64,000 bases of DNA, taken from Candidatus Chisholmbacteria bacterium (GTDB lineage: Bacteria; Patescibacteriota; Microgenomatia; UBA1400; Chisholmbacteraceae). A model generated the notes under the pieces. It saw only the letters and a list, made by a program, of their open reading frames with translations. It was not told the DNA's origin and did no database searches. The translations under genes and the position numbers were made by a program. Below are positions 37,298 through 44,701 of the stretch, piece after piece (the first letter of the stretch is position 1; every line of letters starts with the position of its first letter). The stretch covers positions 451,438 through 515,437 of the forward strand of contig CAVPHZ010000001.1 in the NCBI GenBank assembly GCA_963704905.1, given 5' to 3'.

Positions 37298-37782
37298 GAC
37301 TGACATCGAAACAAATTGAAACTTTGAAAAAGTTGATGGTTAATTCTGCAAAAAAAGGGAATTTGGCCAATTCCGGGATTGTTTTGGAAAAAGGGAAAAT
37401 GATTGCTTCAGCAGAGAGCTGGGTCGTGACTAACAATGATCAAACATCACATTCTGAAAGAATGCTAGTAGAGGAAGTTTGTAAGCGTAAGAAGAATTGT
37501 CTCACTCCCAAGTTAGATATGGTATCTGTAGTTGAGCCTTGTTTAATGTGCTTGAGTGCATGTTCTCAAGCTCTTTACGATCGAATCGGTTTTATTATTC
37601 CTGCTGGGAAATACGTAAAGAAGATTCCTTGGATCACTGATACCAACAGCATTGATAAAGAGAAAATTGCTTCACAGTTTTCTCATCAAGTTGAATATCT
37701 TCATCTATCTGAATATGAAGAAGAGTTTAGTAAAATATTTGAAAAAGAGATGGCTATTTTGTATAAGATCGAACTACCATGA
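37294..37782 (+). CDS. CDA-fold nucleoside/nucleotide deaminase-like protein
   Basis: HSERMLVEE (H-x-E) and EPCLMCLSAC (PCxxC) zinc-binding motifs. Confidence 0.5.
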   Translation: MRLTSKQIETLKKLMVNSAKKGNLANSGIVLEKGKMIASAESWVVTNNDQTSHSERMLVEEVCKRKKNCLTPKLDMVSVVEPCLMCLSACSQALYDRIGFIIPAGKYVKKIPWITDTNSIDKEKIASQFSHQVEYLHLSEYEEEFSKIFEKEMAILYKIELP

Positions 37783-38210
37783 CGAAGAAAGAACAGAAGA
37801 GGAAAGTATTGGAATTTATTAAGAGGAAGCAGGTTGGTGCTCTTGCCACTACAACCTCTGATGAAAAGCCTGAGGTTGCGGTAATGATTATTTCCCAAAA
37901 GGATAACCTCAAACTAATTTTTCAGACACCAAATACATATCGAAAGTACGAGAATTTAAAGGAGAATCCAAATGTCGCCATAGCGTTTGGATTTGATCTT
38001 GATGAGTTTACAACGGTTCAGTACGAGGGAGTTGCGAGGGAAGCTACTGAGAAAGAAATCGATGAGTGTAGAAAGATTCATATAGAAAAGAATCCAAAAT
38101 CTACTGACTATGCCTACTTACCTGATAATAAATACTTTATCGTAGAACCAAAGTGGATTCGATACTGGGATTTCAAGACTGATGTTAAGTTTGAATTAGA
38201 TTTCAAGTGA
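37779..38210 (+). CDS. Pyridoxamine 5'-phosphate oxidase-like FMN-binding split-barrel protein
   Basis: LEFIKRKQVGALATTTSDEKPEVAVM N-terminal signature. Confidence 0.5.
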   Translation: MTKKEQKRKVLEFIKRKQVGALATTTSDEKPEVAVMIISQKDNLKLIFQTPNTYRKYENLKENPNVAIAFGFDLDEFTTVQYEGVAREATEKEIDECRKIHIEKNPKSTDYAYLPDNKYFIVEPKWIRYWDFKTDVKFELDFK

Positions 38211-38275
38211 GTTTTGTGAGGTGTTTGAGGGAGAGATGAGGCGTCATTTGAAGTAGTTATAATATTGGAGAAGGA

Positions 38276-38659
38276 GTGCTAAATATGGGAAGTTTTATTG
38301 AACTTAATGATACGCTTCAAATAACTAAAGAGCAGGGATTTCCTGAGGAACTTGATTATGAGAAACATGTGAAGAAGCCATTTACAGCTAAGAATTTTGA
38401 GGGGAAGGAATTTTCATTTTCTGATAAGAAGGATATTCGTGTTTATCAGCAACCGCCGGTGAGGAATCTTTTGGTGGAGAATGTTGATGGCGAATGGATT
38501 TATTGGGGACTGATTATGATTACGGAGATTAAACATGATTATGTAAAGAAGATGACGTCTGGTAAATTTGAGATTGTTCAGCTATATACTCCAGATGAAA
38601 TGATAAAAATGAAAGCATTGATCGAGATAAAATACTCAGCCATGAAGGAAGTAAAATGA
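38276..38659 (+). CDS. Hypothetical protein
   Basis: 127-aa ORF in operon context; no motif. Confidence 0.25.
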   Translation: MLNMGSFIELNDTLQITKEQGFPEELDYEKHVKKPFTAKNFEGKEFSFSDKKDIRVYQQPPVRNLLVENVDGEWIYWGLIMITEIKHDYVKKMTSGKFEIVQLYTPDEMIKMKALIEIKYSAMKEVK

Positions 38660-39204
38660 AAAATGCATTGATACTTCATGGGACAAATGCTACTTCGGAG
38701 GATAACTGGTTTCCATGGTTGCAACAGCAGCTTGAGGAGCGAGGTTGGAAGGTTTGGGTCCCAGATCTCCCAAATGCTGATAAACCAAGCATGAAACGGT
38801 ATAACAAGTTTATACTTTCAAATGAGGGGTGGGTTTTTGATCAGAACTCTGTAATCATCGGACATTCGTCTGGAGCGGTTGAGATACTAGGTTTGTTACA
38901 AGCATTGCCAAAAGAGACTGTTATTGATACGTGTATCTTTGTAGGTGTTTTTAAAGGTGATTTGGGTTGGGAACCACTTCAAGAGCTTTGGGATGTTGAT
39001 GTTCGATATGAAGAAATTCGACGGAAGGCGAAGCAATTTGTTTTTTTGCATTCGAATGATGATCCTTATTGTCCTTTGGATCATGCAAAGGATCTTTCTA
39101 ACAAGCTCGGCGGAGAGCTAATTATTAAAGAAGGGGCACAGCACTTCAGTATTGATCCCGGAGGACCACAGTTTAAGAGGCTCCCTAGTGTTTTGAGATT
39201 TTAG
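38656..39204 (+). CDS. RBBP9/YdeN-like alpha/beta serine hydrolase
   Basis: ALILHGTNATSEDNWFPWL ... VIIGHSSGA (GxSxG) ... HSNDD. Confidence 0.6.
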   Translation: MKNALILHGTNATSEDNWFPWLQQQLEERGWKVWVPDLPNADKPSMKRYNKFILSNEGWVFDQNSVIIGHSSGAVEILGLLQALPKETVIDTCIFVGVFKGDLGWEPLQELWDVDVRYEEIRRKAKQFVFLHSNDDPYCPLDHAKDLSNKLGGELIIKEGAQHFSIDPGGPQFKRLPSVLRF

Positions 39205-39295
39205 GAGAGAAATAAGTGTTTTGTTTATTTTCAGCTTGATTCGCTACTAGTGGAGGTACTATCATTGATAGTGTACATAGCTTAAAAAGAGAGGA

Positions 39296-39742
39296 GTGAC
39301 TATGGAAGATGTGACCATTCGAGAGGCAGAGGATCGTGATTATGATCAATTGATGAAGTTGTATAACTTTTTTGTTGACGATGATCGATATGACAGTAAG
39401 CAAGAGGATTCATTTTCTGAGGTATTACAGACTGGTGCGAATTATGTTTATGTAGCTGAGGACGAAGAGAAGAAGCAACTTGTCGGATTTGCGGCTTTTT
39501 CCGTGAGGAGAGTCATTCGCTATCCAAAACCTATTGCTGAACTTGATGAATTGTTTATTGCTCCAGCTTACAGAAGAAAGCAATTGGGCAAGAAACTAGT
39601 TGATACCTGTTTGAAAAAAGCGGCTGAAATTGGATGCTACCGTATGTTCATAGAGACGCATTATCAGCACGACATTGCACATAAACTCTATGAAAAAATG
39701 GAGTTTACCAACTACGGATATCATTTTATTAAGGATTTGTAG
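39296..39742 (+). CDS. GNAT family N-acetyltransferase
   Basis: RRKQLGKKLVDTCLKKAAEIG motif. Confidence 0.65.
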   Translation: MTMEDVTIREAEDRDYDQLMKLYNFFVDDDRYDSKQEDSFSEVLQTGANYVYVAEDEEKKQLVGFAAFSVRRVIRYPKPIAELDELFIAPAYRRKQLGKKLVDTCLKKAAEIGCYRMFIETHYQHDIAHKLYEKMEFTNYGYHFIKDL

Positions 39743-39790
39743 ATTAACATCCGCTTCTCGTTTACGACCTCTTCTGTTATAATATAGGTT

Positions 39791-40372
39791 ATGGTTGAAA
39801 TTCCTATCGATTCCACAACAAGAAGACTTTCAAGTTTGGATCGGGAACATGATGTTGGTCAGTTTGCTCGAGAACATCCTCAGCGAGTTGAAGCTGGCGT
39901 TCAGGCTTTTGGAGTACTTATTGATACCTTCAATAATATTTCTGTTGATGACCCTGTAATGGAGATTATGCCGAAGGCGGCTGGTTTGAAAAAACTTCTT
40001 GGAGGATTGAAACTACCCACGATAGAAGAGATGCGCAGTTCACGAGAGTGGACGGTACGCTTTAAGCATGGGCTTGAAGAGGCAAGCGAAGCGATGCTCA
40101 AGGGTCAAAAAGATAAAGGGAGAAAGGATCCACTTTTCAGCAATGAGGAAAAGATAGGATCTGCTTCAATGGATACGCGAAGCGAAGCACTTCTGGTAGG
40201 TGTCATTGGACATCTTATTGAACGTACGATATTTCAGGGCGTCGACATCGAAGGGCATGAGTGGAAAAAGGACGAGATCCTTCATCCACTGGACGATGGT
40301 GCGTTCTTTTACAAGAAGCCAAAGGAGTGGAAAATCCTTTATTCAGGTTCTTTACCTCACCCCCAAAAATGA
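39791..40372 (+). CDS. Hypothetical protein
   Basis: ORF with ATGA overlap to the next gene; no motif. Confidence 0.3.
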   Translation: MVEIPIDSTTRRLSSLDREHDVGQFAREHPQRVEAGVQAFGVLIDTFNNISVDDPVMEIMPKAAGLKKLLGGLKLPTIEEMRSSREWTVRFKHGLEEASEAMLKGQKDKGRKDPLFSNEEKIGSASMDTRSEALLVGVIGHLIERTIFQGVDIEGHEWKKDEILHPLDDGAFFYKKPKEWKILYSGSLPHPQK

Positions 40373-41091
40373 ATGAAACTGGAGGATTGGGATGGCTTTC
40401 TGATGAGCGCCGAGAGAAGTTTTTCTCAGCGTATCGGGAGCGGCATTTTCCAATTTTAGATTTTGCACGGAGATATCTTTCAGATAGAGAAAACGTTGGG
40501 AACATGCTTGATGAACTGGAGGATAGCCCAGATATCTTCTCAGGTTTGATAGTAGAGATGGACGGAGCGGTGGAGGGGTTACAATTACTTCTTCAAGGGG
40601 AAGAATTGTCGGCCGAGGACCGGGAATTACTGCCAAATGTTGCTCTGCTTCGGGAACAATTGGATGGGAAAAGACTCAGGACGATATCGGACATGGAGAA
40701 AGATCCTGATTTTTTGGGCATTCTCCGAACACATCGGACGTTCCGGGAGGCGAGGAAACGGATGAGACGGGGGGAGGAGGCGCGAAAAGGAATGGATGTC
40801 GAGGGAAAACAACAATGGCAGTTTCATCAGGATGTTTCAGATCCTGAGGAGCTTGCGGCAGATCTCCTTTTAGAGATGTATGGTGTCTATTCGGAGAAGG
40901 CAATTCCTGATATCGCAAAAGCAGAGTTGGGAGGATTCGGTGTTGTTCTGGCGCTTGAGGAAATCTTATCGAAACAAGCTTTGGAAGGAAAACCTACAAA
41001 GTTGTTTAATGCATTTAAGTTGTGGGTTGAGGAAGGTGAAGGTTTTTCAAAAACATTGGAAGAGCGCGTGAAGGTATATCTAGCAAGATAA
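40369..41091 (+). CDS. Hypothetical protein (acidic, helical)
   Basis: ATG at 40369 overlaps the upstream stop; the track ORF start at 40261 is probably too early. Confidence 0.3.
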   Translation: MNETGGLGWLSDERREKFFSAYRERHFPILDFARRYLSDRENVGNMLDELEDSPDIFSGLIVEMDGAVEGLQLLLQGEELSAEDRELLPNVALLREQLDGKRLRTISDMEKDPDFLGILRTHRTFREARKRMRRGEEARKGMDVEGKQQWQFHQDVSDPEELAADLLLEMYGVYSEKAIPDIAKAELGGFGVVLALEEILSKQALEGKPTKLFNAFKLWVEEGEGFSKTLEERVKVYLAR

Positions 41092-41119
41092 TAGTCGTAT
41101 TTTCAGTTTTGATATCATA

Positions 41120-41145
41120 AGAGCCTGTCTGGGGCTCTTTTTTTG
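41120..41145 (+). terminator. Rho-independent terminator
   Basis: AGAGCC tgtctg GGGCTCT followed by TTTTTTT; a TATATAAT -10 box follows. Confidence 0.55.
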
Positions 41146-41164
41146 TATATAATCGAGACTGGTT

Positions 41165-41944
41165 ATGGATTTGTTCATTCCGAATAACAGTGGAAAAAAG
41201 ATTGCGGCGAGTTTGCATCAGCCGAAAGGTGAAGATGTGCATAGCTTGGCTGTGCTATTGCCCGGATTTTTAGACAGTAAAGATTATGCCCATTTAGTGA
41301 GATTGGGTGAGGATTTAGCAGGAGTTGGATTTACTGCAATTCGGTTTGATCCAACCGGGACTTGGATGAGTGAAGGGAAGATTGAGGAATATTCTCCACG
41401 GCAATATCTCCGAGATTTAAAGACAATTCTTTTATATATGAAGGAGAAGGGGGAGTATGTTCAGATTCTGCTGGTTGGACATAGTTTAGGCGGAATGATC
41501 GCCCTGTTGCATGCTGCTAAAGAAAATGATGTGGATGCTGTTGTTGCAGTGATGTTTCCATCATCACTCACTCGTCCAAAACAGAAACAGGAGTGGCTTG
41601 CTGGATGGGAGCGTGATGGCTCGATTACTTCGAGAAGAGATGATCCAAGTAATTTAACTAATCAACGAGAATATACCGTGTCACATTCATTTGCTGGTGA
41701 ATCAACAGACCTTGATGTATTGAAGGTGATTGATCAATTACGCATGCCATTACTTTTCTTAGCTGCTGAGAAGGATGACGGACTGCTAGTAGAGGAAATT
41801 AAAGAAGTTTACGACAAGGCAAATGAGCCGAAGAAGTTTTTGGAAATAAAGAACGTAAACCATCAATATTGGAATAGTAAAGCGCAGGTAAAGAAAGTGA
41901 ATAAGAAGGTAATTCAGTTTTTGGAAGAGTATAGTCTTGTGTGA
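41165..41944 (+). CDS. Alpha/beta hydrolase
   Basis: LLVGHSLGGMIAL nucleophile elbow; 259 aa. Confidence 0.65.
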   Translation: MDLFIPNNSGKKIAASLHQPKGEDVHSLAVLLPGFLDSKDYAHLVRLGEDLAGVGFTAIRFDPTGTWMSEGKIEEYSPRQYLRDLKTILLYMKEKGEYVQILLVGHSLGGMIALLHAAKENDVDAVVAVMFPSSLTRPKQKQEWLAGWERDGSITSRRDDPSNLTNQREYTVSHSFAGESTDLDVLKVIDQLRMPLLFLAAEKDDGLLVEEIKEVYDKANEPKKFLEIKNVNHQYWNSKAQVKKVNKKVIQFLEEYSLV

Positions 41945-42134
41945 TACTTTCTTTGCGTCTCCAAAGAAAGTATCCAAAGAAAGGAGACCCTAGCGGCAGT
42001 TCTTTCAGGAGAACAATTTACTCAAGCTATACGATCAAACTCCTCGCCGTAAAGGCTCGTCGGACAGTCGATCGTTTCTAGATGAATTTGTTCATTGTTC
42101 TTTTGAATAGCTCCTGCCGAAAGGGATATGTCAG

Positions 42135-43001
42135 ATGAAAGGAATGCAGTGGACAGTTGGGGATGTGACCATTTCACAGATTGTTGAGATTGAGGCTGGG
42201 GAAGTTATTCAGAAAGTCATTCGTGGTGCTTCTACGGAAAATATTTTAAAGATTGATTGGTTGTATCCGCATTTTACTGATGAAGAAGGTAACCTTAAAG
42301 CATTGGTTCAAGGTTTTCTGGTTCAGTCAGCTGGAAAGAATATTCTTATTGATACTTGTAATGGGAATCAAAAAACTAGAGTTGATGTACCTGAGTGGGG
42401 AGGTTTGCAGACGGATTTTCTTGAGAGACTCTCTGCGTTTGGTTTGAGTGAGGATCATATTGATATCGTGGCGTGCACCCATTTGCATTTTGATCATGTT
42501 GGGTGGAATACACGACCCGAAAATAGTGAATGGGTGCCCACGTTTCCAAAGGCGCAGTATTACTTTTCCAAGGAAGAGTATACATATTGGAAATCAAAAC
42601 CAAATATAGAAATTGTCGATGATAAGGCAGCGTTTGATGATTCTGTTGCTCCTATCATGAAAGCTGGTTTGGCAGAGCTTGTTAGTACTGATCATGTTAT
42701 TGATGATAATCTTCAATTCATTCCGACACCTGGTCATACGCCAGCACATGTTGCTGTTGTTATCGAATCAAAAGGAGAGAAAGCTATTATTTCAGGGGAT
42801 TTTCTTCATCATCCTTGTCAAATTGCTCATCCTGAGTGGGCAACTCATGCGGATACGTTTCCAGACAAGGCTGTTGAGACAAGAAAGAGGATATTAAAGG
42901 AGATTGCAGATACCGAAACTAAACTTTTTGGTTCACACTTTGCAAATCCAGTGGTTGGGAGAGTGGTTCGTAAGGAGAGAGGATTAGAATTTCGTGTCTG
43001 A
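42135..43001 (+). CDS. Metallo-beta-lactamase-fold hydrolase (N-acyl homoserine lactonase-like)
   Basis: CTHLHFDHVGW (HxHxDH) plus downstream His/Asp ligands. Confidence 0.65.
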   Translation: MKGMQWTVGDVTISQIVEIEAGEVIQKVIRGASTENILKIDWLYPHFTDEEGNLKALVQGFLVQSAGKNILIDTCNGNQKTRVDVPEWGGLQTDFLERLSAFGLSEDHIDIVACTHLHFDHVGWNTRPENSEWVPTFPKAQYYFSKEEYTYWKSKPNIEIVDDKAAFDDSVAPIMKAGLAELVSTDHVIDDNLQFIPTPGHTPAHVAVVIESKGEKAIISGDFLHHPCQIAHPEWATHADTFPDKAVETRKRILKEIADTETKLFGSHFANPVVGRVVRKERGLEFRV

Positions 43002-43074
43002 GGAATATGCTTTTTTCCTCTGGATGCGATAATAATGCAACAAATATGCAACAAATAATTACACTTACGGAGCA

Positions 43075-43590
43075 TTGAGTATGAAGAGAAAACGGAAAGG
43101 AATGGTTTATGTTTTTACTGGGGATGGAAAGGGGAAGACAAGCGCTGCGATTGGAGTTGGGGTGCGTGCGGCTTTGATCGGAAAGAAAGTCGCAATGGTT
43201 TGTTGGTATAAGAGCAAAGATTGGGATGTAAGTGAGTATTTGTTACCTGAGAAACTTCGCAATTTTACGATTTACAATCTTGGTAAGGGATTTTTTATTA
43301 AGGACGCCCAATATCGACTTGGTGATTCGGAGATTAAGATCACACCACTCACAGGTGGCGGAAACGTTGTTGACCGTGCGAGCAAAGATCAGCATGTTCT
43401 TGCAGCTCAGGAAGCACTGAAAAAAGCTGAAAAACTCATAAAGAAAGTCGATGTGCTTATATTGGATGAGGTGAATACTGCCTGTTTTGACCGATTGGTT
43501 TCTGTTGGTGAAGTTCTGGATCTACTCAAGCAACGTGGTTCGACGCATGTGATTTTGACCGGGAGAAATGCACCGAGAGATGATCTTTAG
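43075..43590 (+). CDS. cobO: ATP:cob(I)alamin adenosyltransferase, CobA/CobO/BtuR family
   Basis: P-loop GMVYVFTGDGKGKTSAAIG ... LILDEVN; 171 aa. Confidence 0.7.
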   Translation: MSMKRKRKGMVYVFTGDGKGKTSAAIGVGVRAALIGKKVAMVCWYKSKDWDVSEYLLPEKLRNFTIYNLGKGFFIKDAQYRLGDSEIKITPLTGGGNVVDRASKDQHVLAAQEALKKAEKLIKKVDVLILDEVNTACFDRLVSVGEVLDLLKQRGSTHVILTGRNAPRDDL

Positions 43591-43834
43591 CAATTCTGCT
43601 GATCTTAGTGACGGAGATGAAGAAAGTGAAACATCCATATGATAAAGGGGTGAAGGCGGTTCGGGGATTGGATTTTTAGTTCAGGCTATTTCTATATTTT
43701 TCTCCAGTGTTCATTCGACCATTTGTCTGTGTTATCATGAATAGGTATGGATACATCTGGTGGAGGAGATCCACAAACATCACAACCTAATGATTCGGCT
43801 CAGGGTGAGCACTTTGATTGACTCAGGATAGGGA

Positions 43835-44689
43835 ATGTTTCAGCACAGCCATCTGCGCAACATCTCAGCTTGTTCAAGCCACTCCCGCGCCAGCACAAAT
43901 GCCGCAACCACAAGTTTCTCCACCACTGTCACAACGCAAGTACCCCAGTGCAAGGATCTCTTCGATCAATCTCAGGGCAAGCAAGCTGATCCACCTCAGC
44001 CATCGCAGCCTTTCGTCGCTTCAACTCCTCATCCTCAGGGTAAACCATTCGCAGAATCAGCTCCTGAGGGTAAACAACCTCAGGATGTACAAGTTCAGGC
44101 ACAACCAACAGCTCAAGTACAAGAACCAGCATCACCTGCAATGCCATCAACTACTCCTGCTCAGCCGACCGTTCCTCCAGCTCCGCCTGAACCTCAAGTT
44201 ACATCTCCACCTCAATCTGAGCCTACTACTCAGCCAGTTGCACAACCTCCACCTCAACTTGAACCTGAAATAGGAAGACCTGCTGGAGCGAAGGAAGGGG
44301 AGTTTTTGAGCGGCGGAGATGTGACGCCGGTCGAGCATGTGCCAGTGGTTGAACTGCGAGAACCTGGTGAATTACCAACCGAAGTTGAGGGGTGGATTGA
44401 GCGGGCTGAGCATGATGATGTTGAGGAGATGAAGCCGATTAAAGTTGACGGACAAACAGTAGTTTCATCAGCTACTCCGCAAAATGTTAAGGTTACTTTA
44501 CCTCTGGAGAAGTCCGAGATCAAACAAGGTTTGCAATATAAGGTGGCAGACAGTGTTCGTTGGCTGGCGCAATGGTGTATTCGGCTGGTGGATAAATACA
44601 AAGGGCAAGTCGGATACAAACAACCACAACCTAAAGATATGCCGACTCCCGCAGTTAATCACGAGGAACGTAGTACTCAGCAACAATAA
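43835..44689 (+). CDS. Pro/Gln-rich low-complexity protein, hypothetical; the true start is uncertain (a short ORF at 43749 in another frame has a similar composition)
   Basis: PQPSQP/QVQAQP/PPAPPEP tracts followed by an ordered C-terminal ~130 aa; immediately upstream of the VirD4-like ATPase gene. Confidence 0.4.
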   Translation: MFQHSHLRNISACSSHSRASTNAATTSFSTTVTTQVPQCKDLFDQSQGKQADPPQPSQPFVASTPHPQGKPFAESAPEGKQPQDVQVQAQPTAQVQEPASPAMPSTTPAQPTVPPAPPEPQVTSPPQSEPTTQPVAQPPPQLEPEIGRPAGAKEGEFLSGGDVTPVEHVPVVELREPGELPTEVEGWIERAEHDDVEEMKPIKVDGQTVVSSATPQNVKVTLPLEKSEIKQGLQYKVADSVRWLAQWCIRLVDKYKGQVGYKQPQPKDMPTPAVNHEERSTQQQ

Positions 44690-44701
44690 ACTTATCTTAA
44701 T

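Noticed and set aside
41945-42134. Possible riboswitch/leader upstream of the MBL hydrolase (13-bp stem GATACTTTCTTTG/CAAAGAAAGTATC)
   Set aside because: Only a single strong hairpin without a following U-tract or recognisable conserved riboswitch core; more likely a transcript-stabilising or terminator-like stem for the upstream hydrolase gene.
43818-44273. ORF 43818-44273 (+) with a His/Leu/Gln-rich product
   Set aside because: Alternative frame of the repetitive PQ-rich gene; low-complexity sequence yields long ORFs in several frames. The 43835 frame continues into an ordered C-terminal domain, so it was preferred.
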